From positions 6,216-70,215 of the forward strand of contig CAZUGQ010000006.1 of NCBI GenBank assembly GCA_964620125.1: a DNA stretch of 64,000 nt, in the 5' to 3' direction. Shown here piece by piece: positions 47,235 through 58,007 of the stretch. This DNA is from an uncultured Hyphomicrobiales bacterium (lineage in GTDB: Bacteria > Bacteroidota > Ignavibacteria > Kapaibacteriales > Kapaibacteriaceae). Each line of letters opens with the position of its first letter. Positions within the stretch are counted from its first letter, which is position 1. Position numbers and translations under genes: made by a program. The notes under the pieces are model-generated. The model searched no databases. It was given only the letters and a program-made list of their open reading frames with translations, and was not told where the DNA came from.

Positions 47235-48378
47235 GCTGCGCAGGCAAGGCTCCAATCAGCGCATCCACCTCCTGCTTAGTTGTGTAACCGTGTACACTGA
47301 ATCGCAGAATCGGCACTCCAAGCCATTGCATGCAAATCGTCTGTATGCGATGATCCCGAAGTAACGCCCGCTGCAACACGTCCGCCTGGGTTCCTTCAGG
47401 TAACAATACAGCACCCATCATCAGCCCGTGGTCGGCCCAATCAGCCGACACGGGCTGAAGTCCTAATTGCGCCAGAGCCGCCATTCCATAGTGCACTAGC
47501 TCGCGAGCACCTGCTACCACATTCGTCCAATTACTGTGCTTCATCCAATCCAGTGCTGCCTGTGTTACGAGAAAGGGGCTTGGATCTCGCGTTCCAACGT
47601 ATTCATGTTCATCAATGAAAGCGCCATCTTCAACGCTTAGCCAGTGGTTGCCCCAGCTTCCAACAAGTGGTGGAAAGAACGGCTGCAGTTCCGATCTCAC
47701 CCACAGGAAAGCCGATCCCTTGGGTGTACACATCCACTTGTGGAGGTTAGCGGTGTAGGCGTCAACACCAAGCGTACGCAGACTTAGGGTAATGTGACCA
47801 GGAACATGAGCACCATCCACAAGCATGAGGATGTCGCGCTGCTTTGCCTTCGCAGCAATCTCACCAACAGGTAGCAAACATGCTGTAGGAGATGTAATGT
47901 GGCTGATAAAAATCGCGCGGGTTGCCTCCGTAACTGCCTCCCAGATACGTTCGGCAACTTCATCCATGGTGGGTATCGGTATCGGTATATGACAGGGTAC
48001 AATGTTGATCCCAGTTCCTCGAAGGTGGAACTCCCAAGCGCGCCTGCAAGCACCATACTCATGATCCGGAATCAATACATCATCACCGGGCTTTAGATGC
48101 CGTGCCATCGCATACGCCATCACGTTAGCACCGAATGTGCTGTTCTGCACAAATACCAGATCCGTCCGCGAGGCATCAACAAAACCTCCCAGCGCAGCCC
48201 GAGCCCCCTTCATGCGTTCGGGCAAAGCATGAAAGAATGCAACGGGTTCCCGTTCCAATACCTCTTGCCATATACGCTGCTCACGGAGCAGGTGGATGGG
48301 GCAGGCACCAAACGATCCGTGGTTGAGAAAAACTATCTCTGGATCGAGTAGAAAATCGGAGCGACTGAGCACTGGCAC
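47224..48378 (-). CDS. Aminotransferase class V-fold PLP-dependent enzyme (cysteine desulfurase / isopenicillin-N-epimerase-like)
   Basis: Fold-type I PLP enzyme features: HKW lysine motif (TANLHKWMCTPKGSAFLWV), ...LVDGAH..., 384 aa. Confidence 0.75.
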   Translation of the reverse strand: MPVLSRSDFLLDPEIVFLNHGSFGACPIHLLREQRIWQEVLEREPVAFFHALPERMKGARAALGGFVDASRTDLVFVQNSTFGANVMAYAMARHLKPGDDVLIPDHEYGACRRAWEFHLRGTGINIVPCHIPIPIPTMDEVAERIWEAVTEATRAIFISHITSPTACLLPVGEIAAKAKQRDILMLVDGAHVPGHITLSLRTLGVDAYTANLHKWMCTPKGSAFLWVRSELQPFFPPLVGSWGNHWLSVEDGAFIDEHEYVGTRDPSPFLVTQAALDWMKHSNWTNVVAGARELVHYGMAALAQLGLQPVSADWADHGLMMGAVLLPEGTQADVLQRALLRDHRIQTICMQWLGVPILRFSVHGYTTKQEVDALIGALPAQLNL

Positions 48379-48414
48379 TTTACCTTGACGTGTTTGTCAC
48401 ATCTCATCACTGTG

Positions 48415-50250
48415 TTAGTCGAAACGAACCCACACGCTGCGCTGCGTAAGCCTACCCAATGGCGAGCTGGATGCTGCCGTTTGCACAGGAGCATTTAGTT
48501 CTACCGTGATCGCCGTGGATTGAATGCCAAGATAGCGGAGTGCTGCGTCCGCTCTGCGCTTGCGAAGGTTCTGGTTGTAATCAGTTGATCCGATGGCATC
48601 CGTTCCTGGTACCAAGGTTACCGTGCGCCCGGCCTTGAGTGCTGCACGTATCGAGTCAGCCACTACAAGGTCGGCAGTGGATATCACATCCGAATCAAAG
48701 GCAAACAGGCATAGCAAGAGCCCGTCGCTGTGCGCAACGCCTACGGGATCAACGGTTACCGTGGTGCGCTGCACCGAACGGGTTGTTGGTCGCACAATCA
48801 TTGTAGCACTCGAAACCCTCTGTTGTCCGCCTGCATCGGTAGTCTTCAACTCTACATGCACGGGCATTACCGAGTCAGCACGCGGAGCAAGTGCTGCGGG
48901 AATGATCACGGGTATCACGGCATCCGTGGTTGTGGTTGCAAAACTCACGGCCCCATCAACACGAACGGCAGTGGTGCAAGGTCCGTTCTCGCAGGTAAGG
49001 GTATGCACAGCTGCTAGCTCGATGGCCTGTGCAAACTTCTCCGTTGTACTTGCATACCGGCGCAGCATCCGCGGCATGCTTCCCAGCGAAAGTCGTACAT
49101 GCCGTGCTTCCTCATCTAGCTCCGGGTACGTCATCGAATCTGCTCTAATAAGTTCGATTGTTACGTTGTTCTGATCAATCGGTAGGTACGGCAACAAAGC
49201 CGATACGCGTTGGCGCGCTATGGCCGGTTCCTCATCGTGTGATGTTGAACCCACAATTACGATGCGCTCACGCTGGTCCGTCCAGTCAACGATGCTCTGC
49301 CGAATGGCAGCAACAAACCTCTGCATCTCCTCCTGACCACCAAGAGGCTCAGTGCTGTTCTGTGCGAAAAAGAGGTAGGGGGCTACAGCATGTACGGTAT
49401 CTGTGACTACTTCATCAATGATTGGTACGTGCACTTCGTCGCCGAGCACTGTGCTGTTCGGCACTCTGCATAGCAGGTCGACAGTGCTCGTGAGGGCTGG
49501 AGGTTGAACAGCCACAGGAGGAGGCGGTGGCGGCGGTGGTGGCGGTGCAGTTTCTTCCAGCACTGGTATGCGGTACCGAAGCAGCAGGCCACCGACGAGA
49601 CTGTTCACGGACCACTGAGCAGCGCCGGTTAGGCTGTTGAGTCCATGCTGATACCGAAGTGCAGCAGATAACTCCCATTCATTGGTAATCGGTACATCGT
49701 ACCGTACACCTGCTGTTATTGCTACCGTGGTTGAGGACTGCGGTAGTTCACCGCCGGATACCTCGCGCACCCTTTGGCCATTTTCGAAGGTATATGATGG
49801 ATCAGTGGGCGAAACAAGCATCTGCTGCTGGTCGAGAGCTGTACTCACAGGAAAGGAGAACAATGCTCCAACGGTTATATGAAGCCGCTCAACTGGCAGC
49901 GGAACTGCAATCGTTGGGTCGATGCTTACGGCCACGTACGATAGGTCAAGCTGATGTTCAACCACACCATCGGTTGCGGTGTTGTTGGCTATGATGTTGC
50001 CAACTTCTTCGTCCACGCGAAAAGACGTTGGCAGTGCTCGTATCCCTAGTGCACCGTACAATCGGAGTGGTTGGTTGAAGACGTTCAGCTGAGTTGCCAC
50101 ATCCACGCCCACACCGGCACTTAACTCCAGTCCCGCCGTCTGTCCGTACTCCACGCAACAATTGGGGAAGGCAGGCAACTGCACAAACGATGCATCGTGG
50201 CTCGCACTCCCGCCAATGAGTGCGGCCATGAGGAAGGTTTCGCTGATCAT
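48415..50250 (-). CDS. OmpA-family outer-membrane protein: N-terminal beta-barrel-like region, a poly-Pro linker and C-terminal OmpA-like peptidoglycan-binding domain(s)
   Basis: ETAPPPPPPPPPPVAVQPP linker; C-terminal GSTDYNQNLRKRRADAALRYL (OmpA_C signature) and an earlier GSTSHDEEPAIARQRVSAL. Confidence 0.7.
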   Translation of the reverse strand: MISETFLMAALIGGSASHDASFVQLPAFPNCCVEYGQTAGLELSAGVGVDVATQLNVFNQPLRLYGALGIRALPTSFRVDEEVGNIIANNTATDGVVEHQLDLSYVAVSIDPTIAVPLPVERLHITVGALFSFPVSTALDQQQMLVSPTDPSYTFENGQRVREVSGGELPQSSTTVAITAGVRYDVPITNEWELSAALRYQHGLNSLTGAAQWSVNSLVGGLLLRYRIPVLEETAPPPPPPPPPPVAVQPPALTSTVDLLCRVPNSTVLGDEVHVPIIDEVVTDTVHAVAPYLFFAQNSTEPLGGQEEMQRFVAAIRQSIVDWTDQRERIVIVGSTSHDEEPAIARQRVSALLPYLPIDQNNVTIELIRADSMTYPELDEEARHVRLSLGSMPRMLRRYASTTEKFAQAIELAAVHTLTCENGPCTTAVRVDGAVSFATTTTDAVIPVIIPAALAPRADSVMPVHVELKTTDAGGQQRVSSATMIVRPTTRSVQRTTVTVDPVGVAHSDGLLLCLFAFDSDVISTADLVVADSIRAALKAGRTVTLVPGTDAIGSTDYNQNLRKRRADAALRYLGIQSTAITVELNAPVQTAASSSPLGRLTQRSVWVRFD

Positions 50251-53200
50251 CTATCTTACCACCACCACGGGATATCGTACTGTTGTGTTGCCATCAAGTT
50301 CGATGGTGTACAGACCACTGGGAACGGTTGACACGTCTACCTGCACCTGTTGGTCACCAGGTTGCAACTGCAACGAAGGATACCCAACGATTTGTATTCC
50401 GCTAGCATCAAGAAGGCGAACGGTGATGTGTTGTACGCTGTTGCTGGCAACGGTGAGTTCAATATGACTTGTTGCTGGCTGCGGATATACAGCCTGAACG
50501 ATGAGTGACTCTCCAGTTGTAATGATGCGCCTACGTGGGTCTGGATGTTCGATGCGAAGTTCACCCTCAGTGTACGTAACGGGTATGGTCGATCCGAAGC
50601 CAAGGGATGCAGAATCAAGAATCAGAGGTGATACATCCACTGCCGCCATACCGGCATGGCCAACAAGCCGAACAATCTCTATGGTATCTGCAAACCTGCC
50701 CTCTACGCGGAAGTGTATTTCACGCCAGTCACCAACCACGTTTTGCGAAACAATCACTGCACTTCTTTCGCTGCTCGAAACTCCATTGGCCAGGTACAAT
50801 CGCGGATGAACGCGTAGAATACCTTCGAAGAAGCGCACACCATCATACGGTATGGACTCCTGAATGATGGCAACGATGGGCAAGGATGTGGTGTCACTCC
50901 GAGGGTCGGCAACTATGCGTGGTGCAGCAACAGTTGCAGTACCAACGTAGGAAGCCAGTCGCACCACGGCTTGGGCAGCACATGGCTGAGCACTGAGGGT
51001 AATTGAAGCGGCATTGCCAATCACTCCACCGGTGTAGCGGATGCGTATTGTAGCGGCTTCGCCTGGTTCAATGATCAACGGCATGGCGGTGAGCAGATCG
51101 AAAGGTTCACCAGCCGTGATGGAAGCACTATCCAGACGTACTCGATTCTCGCTGTTGTTTGTGATGGTGATCTCACGCTCAACAATCTCTGGGATGAACT
51201 GCAACGTTGCATGCGATAGGATAAGGTCGGCTCCACTTCCACGACCCAGAACGCGCACGGTTCGTCGAACACTCTGCTGATTGGCGTACTGGATGATTAC
51301 AACACCAGTGTCAAGGCCAAGCTTCGCCGGTACGAATTCAACTACTACTTCCAGTGTTGCACCGGGCTGGAGTATGCTGTCGGATACGGATTCAACAATT
51401 CTGAATGCAGACCCCAAGCCCCCTTCAACGAACACATCGTTGATCATTACTGGAACAGGATCATCGTTCCGCAGAACGGATAATCGCTTGATGCGTGAGC
51501 TGCCTACACACAGATCACCAAAATCGTCCTCCGGTATCAGCAGTGTAAGCTGCCGGTCTACAACCGTTACCTGAACCGGTACTGCAAACGTTGTTCCGCA
51601 GGATTGTACGTACACGGTATCTACAAGCCTTCCAGTGTCAAGAACGTTTGCCTCGAGGTGCAACGTCAGACACTCCCCAGGCTGTACCGTGTCGGCCACA
51701 AAGGGCGTGGCCAAGCGCAACCAACTTCCAGAAGGTACCTGGACGTCTGTAATGATGGCCATAACTGGTCCAGGATTGCAGACGCTTGCGGTTATAACGG
51801 TATCGCGCGTACTTCCTACCAACATGGTGGCAATCGTTACCGGAGAAACGTTCATCTGCACTGGCACAATGCGGAAGGGCGAATCACTTACGTCAGACTC
51901 TGGCACGCTTACTCTGCGGAGTAACAGATTATTGGTACTATCAATGCTGCTGGTAACGATGGTTGATCCGTCTGGACTAAACGCTATGTCAGTAAGCTTA
52001 TTCGCATGCCCCGCTGCAGAACCACTTGGTGGGAGTGTTCTCGCACTGGCAAGGTCATACACAACAAACTGTGGGTTGAACTCAAAGCCAAGGCCTAGGT
52101 AGGCATCGCTGGGACTGAACGTAAGGTTTACAACATCACTTCCTTCGCGGTACAGGATCTTCACGATCTTGTCCGTTGCCATGTCGTAGATGTATGTGCG
52201 TTGCTCGCGCGGCTCATTGACTGCACTGGTAAGCTGGGGCCCAGCAAGAGCGACAAGCCTGCCGGTAACGGACGCGGCCACCTTTGCGGTATACGGACCC
52301 AGGGCTTCCGCAATACCCGTCTGCGAACGATCGAGCTCTCTGCCATCAACGGAACTGTACGTGACTACTTCACCATCGAGCATGGAGGCAACGATGATGG
52401 ATCCATTCATCGAGGTACTTGCTGCAGTCTTGCCCAAAACAATGTTTGAGAGTGGTGCAAGGGTTTCGGGTTCCAATCGAGGAATGCGGGCACCCAACTT
52501 GGGCAGCAGGTAGAGAACCGATCCTGCTACGTCGCTGGAAACTCGTGCTACCAGTACATCCGCGGGCACGGCCTGTGTTGCCACTGCGGAGGGTGTTCCT
52601 TGATTGAATCGTAGCACAGTGCCTCCCTTTGTGTTGGCACGCACGGCAACGGCAGCGATGTTCCTTCCTGTACCAATGTAGCACAGCGCTTGTATGGGCG
52701 TGGCCGACAGATTGCCAAGCGTGTAGGTGTTCAGGCGCTGGCCGCTTACAACATCCCATTCAATGATGCTGCCGTTGCCGTGTCCTGATATCAGGTACCG
52801 TCCGTCAGCCGAGTACGCAACGGCGGTAACCGAAGCTTGTGGTCCCTGCAACCACATCGAACTTGTTGCCTCGAACTTCTGATACACGCGTATCCGCGCA
52901 CTATCCGAATACGACTCGGGAACCGTCCACATGTAGGTGCTGTCAAGCGTGCTATCGACAGCCTCCCACGTTCGCCCGTTGTTGCTGGTAAACTCCAGGT
53001 GCGCATAGAAGCCGCTCACCATGCCACTCCATGTAATCGGAATCATTTGGCAGGGGGCTAGGGTTTCGCCACCGTTGGGACTTGTAAGCCGGAGAATCGT
53101 CCGCCGCGGAAATGCCGAGGGATTGGCTACAACCTGAACGGTTGTTCGCATGCCACCTTCGAACGTAACAGTGAGCACATCACTGATTGGCTCATCGGTT

Positions 53201-53850
53201 GTTGGCGAGCAAACAAGGTCAATCCTATACTCCAAAGGCGACAGGATGTTCGTTGGTAACGGACCTGATCCGAACGATCCCTTCCAAATCACTTTGAATT
53301 GTGGCTGGGTGGTGGTGATGGACTCAAGTAGGCTGCTCCGCGCGTGCGGGGGAGTGCCAGACAACGCAGCCTGCGTTGCAACCACCTTGAGCTTGAGCGT
53401 ATCGGTGGAGCCGGCGGGAACTCGCCCAAAGTCAACAAACTTTGGAACGTTCCTACTCACACTATCGCGCACCACAACCGTTGCACCCTTATCAAGTGGC
53501 AAGGCTGAAGAGAATACCGTCGAGGCCGTTTCGCCTTCATAGCTAGCCACAATCGTTGCATTCAGCAAGCCGAAACGAAGAGCAAACCATTCCACGATAT
53601 GGATGCCATTCCCCGTGTGCGTAACCGTACTTGGCAGCATGCCAATGTTGGTTTCCAGCACGTGTGCCGTGTTGGAACCAAGCACTACTGGCTGGCCTTT
53701 GTACGTGCAGCGAATCTGTGCCCGGACGGCAGGGTAGGCAGTAACATCCAACGCGCTACCACTAGGAAACGCTACCTGCGTTATGGCGAACTGTGCATGC
53801 ACAGCCAAGCCCCCTATCAACAACAGGAAAGCAAGGATGGGAATGCGCAT
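50251..53850 (-). CDS. Large secreted WD40/beta-propeller repeat protein with multiple beta-sandwich domains and a T9SS C-terminal sorting domain (start chosen at MRIPILAFLLLIGGLAVHAQ)
   Basis: WD-like repeats (YSADGRYLISGHGNGSIIEWDVVSGQ; IAFSPDGSTIVTSS) and a C-terminus ...LLDASGIQIVGY...VPSGLYTIELDGNTTVRYPVVVVR. The ORF extends to 53907 with a non-signal-like extension. Confidence 0.75.
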   Translation of the reverse strand: MRIPILAFLLLIGGLAVHAQFAITQVAFPSGSALDVTAYPAVRAQIRCTYKGQPVVLGSNTAHVLETNIGMLPSTVTHTGNGIHIVEWFALRFGLLNATIVASYEGETASTVFSSALPLDKGATVVVRDSVSRNVPKFVDFGRVPAGSTDTLKLKVVATQAALSGTPPHARSSLLESITTTQPQFKVIWKGSFGSGPLPTNILSPLEYRIDLVCSPTTDEPISDVLTVTFEGGMRTTVQVVANPSAFPRRTILRLTSPNGGETLAPCQMIPITWSGMVSGFYAHLEFTSNNGRTWEAVDSTLDSTYMWTVPESYSDSARIRVYQKFEATSSMWLQGPQASVTAVAYSADGRYLISGHGNGSIIEWDVVSGQRLNTYTLGNLSATPIQALCYIGTGRNIAAVAVRANTKGGTVLRFNQGTPSAVATQAVPADVLVARVSSDVAGSVLYLLPKLGARIPRLEPETLAPLSNIVLGKTAASTSMNGSIIVASMLDGEVVTYSSVDGRELDRSQTGIAEALGPYTAKVAASVTGRLVALAGPQLTSAVNEPREQRTYIYDMATDKIVKILYREGSDVVNLTFSPSDAYLGLGFEFNPQFVVYDLASARTLPPSGSAAGHANKLTDIAFSPDGSTIVTSSIDSTNNLLLRRVSVPESDVSDSPFRIVPVQMNVSPVTIATMLVGSTRDTVITASVCNPGPVMAIITDVQVPSGSWLRLATPFVADTVQPGECLTLHLEANVLDTGRLVDTVYVQSCGTTFAVPVQVTVVDRQLTLLIPEDDFGDLCVGSSRIKRLSVLRNDDPVPVMINDVFVEGGLGSAFRIVESVSDSILQPGATLEVVVEFVPAKLGLDTGVVIIQYANQQSVRRTVRVLGRGSGADLILSHATLQFIPEIVEREITITNNSENRVRLDSASITAGEPFDLLTAMPLIIEPGEAATIRIRYTGGVIGNAASITLSAQPCAAQAVVRLASYVGTATVAAPRIVADPRSDTTSLPIVAIIQESIPYDGVRFFEGILRVHPRLYLANGVSSSERSAVIVSQNVVGDWREIHFRVEGRFADTIEIVRLVGHAGMAAVDVSPLILDSASLGFGSTIPVTYTEGELRIEHPDPRRRIITTGESLIVQAVYPQPATSHIELTVASNSVQHITVRLLDASGIQIVGYPSLQLQPGDQQVQVDVSTVPSGLYTIELDGNTTVRYPVVVVR

Positions 53851-53924
53851 GGCGCAGGTACTGAGCTTGATGTGAACCATGAAGGGTGCAAAGACGGCAG
53901 TGCGCAAGGTTTCGTTACACGAGA

Positions 53925-54710
53925 CTAGAAACCTTCGGCAACGTAGCGAGATAAAAAGTCAACAACCTCGGAGTCCGTGCTGCTCCGTAGCTCGGATACG
54001 GTGCCTTCGAACCAGACAACGCCGTTGTGCAGCATGGCCACTCGATCGGCAACGTTAAAAACGCTGAACATGTCGTGAGTGATAACAACCGACGTTACGT
54101 TGAGTGTGCGTGCCAACTCTGCGATGAGGTCATCAATCTGTTGCGATGTCACGGGATCTAGGCCCGTTGTGGGTTCATCATAAAAGATGTAATCGGGCTT
54201 GCCAACAAGAGCTCTGGCAACCCCAACACGCTTGCGCATACCTCCGCTAAGGTCGCTGGGCTTTTTTCGTTTTAGAATGGCGTATTCGCGTTGATACTCA
54301 TTGCTTTCTCGTTCGGTGAGTGGTGGTAGCAGACCAACAGCACTCAGCACGCGGCAGGCTTCCGACTCCAACGCCTCGGCGTTTTTTTCTCCGCGTTCTA
54401 CCATGGATATCACCACGTTGTTGAACACGGTAAGTGAGTCGAACAGTGCTGCTCCCTGAAACACGTACCCAACTTTTCTGCGCAAGGCAAAGAGTTCGGT
54501 GCGGTTCAATCGCTCCATTCGTTTACCGTCGATCTCCACATGACCGCCGTCGGCGCGGAGCAGTCCAACGATGTGCTTGAGTAGAACGCTTTTGCCGCAG
54601 CCTGACCGGCCAATGATGCACGTGGTGCTTCCTGTTGGCACGCTAAGCGTAACGTTCTCCAACACAGGCCTAGTGCCAAATGCCTTGCGCAAACCTTGAA
54701 TCCGTATCAT
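53925..54710 (-). CDS. ABC transporter ATP-binding protein, MlaF/Ttg2A-like (start at MIRIQGL)
   Basis: Walker A GRSGCGKS, signature LSGGMRKRV, Walker B IFYDEPTTGLD, single NBD. No permease partner is present in the window. Confidence 0.8.
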   Translation of the reverse strand: MIRIQGLRKAFGTRPVLENVTLSVPTGSTTCIIGRSGCGKSVLLKHIVGLLRADGGHVEIDGKRMERLNRTELFALRRKVGYVFQGAALFDSLTVFNNVVISMVERGEKNAEALESEACRVLSAVGLLPPLTERESNEYQREYAILKRKKPSDLSGGMRKRVGVARALVGKPDYIFYDEPTTGLDPVTSQQIDDLIAELARTLNVTSVVITHDMFSVFNVADRVAMLHNGVVWFEGTVSELRSSTDSEVVDFLSRYVAEGF

Positions 54711-54711
54711 C

Positions 54712-56505
54712 TCATGCTGCGTTGCGTTCTGCCATACGGCGCCGAATCTCGTCAACCGTACCAAGCGGTATTGCTTCGATCAATCCACGTGTGTAGCTCT
54801 GTTGTGGCTGCTCATACACATTGTTGGCAGTGTCCAACTCAACGATCTTGCCGGCATTCATTACGGCAATACGATCACTTATGAACTTCACTACGCTAAG
54901 ATCGTGTGAGATGAAAATGTATGTGAGCTTAAACTCCTCGCGCAGTGAAACCAGCAGATTGAGTACCTGTGCCTGTACCGACACATCAAGAGCACTAACA
55001 CTTTCGTCGCAAATCAGAAGTTTGGGTCTCAGCGCCAAGGCACGTGCGATGCAGATGCGCTGCCTCTGGCCACCCGAGAACTCATGGGGATAGTTACCAA
55101 AGTGCCGTGGCAGAAGGTTCACCTTGTCCAACAAATACAACACCTGATCCTTACGGTCCTTCTCACTCTCACCGATGCCGTGAACGCGAAGCACTTCGGT
55201 AATGGCAGATCCAACACTCAACCGAGGGTTGAGTGAAGAGTAAGGATCTTGGAAAATGATTTGGAAGTCACGCCTAAGTGCCTTGAGGTCATTGGTTGAG
55301 AGAGCACGAACGTCCTTGCCCTCAAAAATCACCGATCCTCCGGTAGGTTCCACCAAGCGAAGGATAGCCCTTCCTGTTGTGGTCTTGCCGCAACCGCTTT
55401 CACCAACCAAACCAAGCGTTTCGCCCGGCTTTACGTCGAACGTGATTCCGTCAACAGCCTTAACCCACCCTGTGGTTCTGCCAAACAAGCCAGCATGGAT
55501 AGGGAAGTGCACCTGCAGGTCTGTTACCTGCAGGATTGGTGCTGTTGCCTGCAAGGCCGCATTTCGCGCATCAATCTCGTCCTTGGTAAATGCAAGGCGA
55601 TGAACCACGACGTCTACATTGTCGTGCGACCTCTCCGTTATTGACCCATCCTGAGCTTCATCCATGAAGTCACGAACCGTAGGCAGCACTTTGAGTTTGG
55701 TGTCGAGCCGCGGACGGCATGCGAGGAGACCTTTCGTGTAGGGGTGCTGCGGATTGGCAAAGATTTGTTCCACGGTGCCGGTTTCAACGATGCGCCCCTT
55801 GTACATCACGATCACGTCGTCGGCTATCTCTGCAATCACCCCCAGATCGTGTGTGATGAACATCATGCTCATGCCATGCGAACGCTGCAAGCGGCGCATT
55901 AGGTCGAGAATGGTTGCCTGTACGGTTACGTCCAAAGCTGTTGTTGGCTCATCAGCAATAAGGAGATCAGGATTACAGCTCATGGCCATGGCAATCATCA
56001 CGCGCTGCTTCTGTCCACCGGAAAGCTGATGGGGGTAGGATGACAGCATGGTCTCCGGCCTTGGCAGCTGGACTTCGTTGAGCAGTTCCAGGGCTCGCGT
56101 ACGGGCCTCGGCTTTGTCTACCTTCTGATGAAGCCGTATGGCTTCGACGATCTGATCACCACATGTGAACACGGGATTCAGACTCGTCATCGGTTCCTGG
56201 AAGATCATTGCAATGCGATTGCCGCGATAGGTTCGCATGCGATCTTCGGACACCTGAAGCAGGTCCGTTACGGAACCGTCAGCCTCATGAAACAACACCT
56301 GCCCGCTCACGATACGTCCCGGCGGAGTTTGTATCAGACGCATCACACTTAGGCTGGCAACACTCTTGCCCGATCCGCTTTCGCCAACGATTCCAAGCGT
56401 TCTGCCACGTTGAACGGAAAAACTCACGTCGTTCACGGCCTTCACCGTGGCCTGTTCCGTACGAAACTCCGTGACTAGGTTGCGAATATCGAGGAGTGGC
56501 TCCAT
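54712..56505 (-). CDS. ABC transporter ATP-binding protein with two fused nucleotide-binding domains of the oligopeptide/dipeptide (DppD/DppF, GsiA-like) type (start at [10 protein letters not shown])
   Basis: Two Walker A motifs (GESGSGKS; GESGCGKT), two signatures (LSGGQKQRV; FSGGQRQRI) and two oligo_HPY-type C-terminal motifs ([12 protein letters not shown]; [12 protein letters not shown]). Confidence 0.85.
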   Translation of the reverse strand: MEPLLDIRNLVTEFRTEQATVKAVNDVSFSVQRGRTLGIVGESGSGKSVASLSVMRLIQTPPGRIVSGQVLFHEADGSVTDLLQVSEDRMRTYRGNRIAMIFQEPMTSLNPVFTCGDQIVEAIRLHQKVDKAEARTRALELLNEVQLPRPETMLSSYPHQLSGGQKQRVMIAMAMSCNPDLLIADEPTTALDVTVQATILDLMRRLQRSHGMSMMFITHDLGVIAEIADDVIVMYKGRIVETGTVEQIFANPQHPYTKGLLACRPRLDTKLKVLPTVRDFMDEAQDGSITERSHDNVDVVVHRLAFTKDEIDARNAALQATAPILQVTDLQVHFPIHAGLFGRTTGWVKAVDGITFDVKPGETLGLVGESGCGKTTTGRAILRLVEPTGGSVIFEGKDVRALSTNDLKALRRDFQIIFQDPYSSLNPRLSVGSAITEVLRVHGIGESEKDRKDQVLYLLDKVNLLPRHFGNYPHEFSGGQRQRICIARALALRPKLLICDESVSALDVSVQAQVLNLLVSLREEFKLTYIFISHDLSVVKFISDRIAVMNAGKIVELDTANNVYEQPQQSYTRGLIEAIPLGTVDEIRRRMAERNAA

Positions 56506-56530
56506 GCGGGCAAAGATAGTGGCAGGGGGC

Positions 56531-57826
56531 TCACCACCCCTGACGAAGCCGACGGGAAATGACGTAGGCATATAGCGATGAGAGCACGCTGCCAATGCCG
56601 ATGGCAATGCTCGCCGCCAGTGCACCGTGAACCGTTCCCAACACCGTGAACACCGTCATACACAACGCCATCGTTCCCACCTCAATGGCCATGCTCACCG
56701 ATACGTGAATCGTCTGATGCGTGGCAATCATGACAGATCGCTGAAGAGAGTACATTGCCGCAGTCACCGGTACGATGATCAGCAACTGCGTTGGCAGAAT
56801 AGCAAGCTGAACAAGATTCGGCTCGAGCGCAAAAACATACGTGTAGGTAAGCGACAAAAGCGGCGTAGCCACAACGATGATCATTAAAACGGAAGTGGCA
56901 AGGGTAATCCATACTCCCACCCGCCGAACAACACGATAGTGCGCCGGGCTCATGCCCAAGAACGTGATGCCAACTTCCTGATACGAAAAGCCAAAGCTCC
57001 GGAATACAAAGAGGAGGGAGCTTACAACCGGAATCACGGCAAGTGACTCTACCGCCATTGGCATGCGATTGACGAAGAAGGACAAGAGCGGTGTGGCGAA
57101 GAAACTCACAACCGATGTAAGAGCCAGCGGGGCATAGAACTGTATGATCCGACGATCGGTAAGTGGCTCTGAAGCTCCTTCGTCCTCAGCATCCGGCTGC
57201 CGACGGGCAATCAACCAGATGGCAGTACCTTCGAGTACCACGCCGGCCGTAAGGCCTACGCATCCCACAACAACTCCCTCTACTCCATACGCCGACAGCA
57301 ACAATCCGCTGGCTGCCATAGACAGCAACCGTGCAATGGTTCCTATGGCCACACTTCTGGTTAGCCCCCTTCGAATCAACAGCCCCTGATAGAAACGGCG
57401 TACTCCAATGGCTGCTGGCCAGGGAATCATGCAGAGCAGCCCAACATGAACTCTCCATGCAACCTCGGATGGTAGGCCAATGATGTTGAGTGCCACGAGG
57501 TCGAACACCGGCGGAATACATATCCCGATCATCAGAACCGTAACCAGCCAGTTAAGGCGCACCATGAATCGGTGAAGCAACGAACGCGAGTGATCGTCGC
57601 GACTAAGTGCCACCGAAGCGCTCAGCAATGCGATAACCGGACTCTCGATAAGCATCGCGATTGCCGCAGCAACCCCGTACGCAGCGAGGTTTACCGTAGG
57701 ATCGGCAAGCCTAGCCACCAGAGCTGCTAGAATGGGTCCCTCCATTGCCATCATCAGCCAGGTACTGCTTAGGGGGATCCAGAACCTGACCACGTTGCGC
57801 TCGGTAATCACAGCACAAATATTCAC
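56531..57826 (-). CDS. MATE/MOP-superfamily multidrug or oligosaccharide efflux/flippase-type transporter (12 TM)
   Basis: 431 aa with ~12 hydrophobic helices in two 6-TM halves. The family call is from topology and the N-terminal ...LSSTWLMMAMEGPILAALVARL pattern only. Confidence 0.55.
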   Translation of the reverse strand: MNICAVITERNVVRFWIPLSSTWLMMAMEGPILAALVARLADPTVNLAAYGVAAAIAMLIESPVIALLSASVALSRDDHSRSLLHRFMVRLNWLVTVLMIGICIPPVFDLVALNIIGLPSEVAWRVHVGLLCMIPWPAAIGVRRFYQGLLIRRGLTRSVAIGTIARLLSMAASGLLLSAYGVEGVVVGCVGLTAGVVLEGTAIWLIARRQPDAEDEGASEPLTDRRIIQFYAPLALTSVVSFFATPLLSFFVNRMPMAVESLAVIPVVSSLLFVFRSFGFSYQEVGITFLGMSPAHYRVVRRVGVWITLATSVLMIIVVATPLLSLTYTYVFALEPNLVQLAILPTQLLIIVPVTAAMYSLQRSVMIATHQTIHVSVSMAIEVGTMALCMTVFTVLGTVHGALAASIAIGIGSVLSSLYAYVISRRLRQGW

Positions 57827-58007
57827 TCAATGAGTTCCGGGCGAGCTCTTGTTGTATGAATTGCGTTACACAATGGTTGTTTACGCATAACACGCCGCTA
57901 ACAGTGCCGTAACGCTGGCCGGATAGTTTCGAACGACAATTCTGCGGCTACCCTGCACAGCTGCACCTGTTCGAGAACACCCAACCCACTTATTAAAGGT
58001 TTCCACC

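Noticed and set aside
49500-49560. Poly-Pro coding tract (GGN)10 in the OmpA gene considered as a hypermutable repeat
   Set aside because: Codons are mixed (ggc/ggt/gga), so the DNA is not a perfect microsatellite. It is interpreted as a flexible linker.
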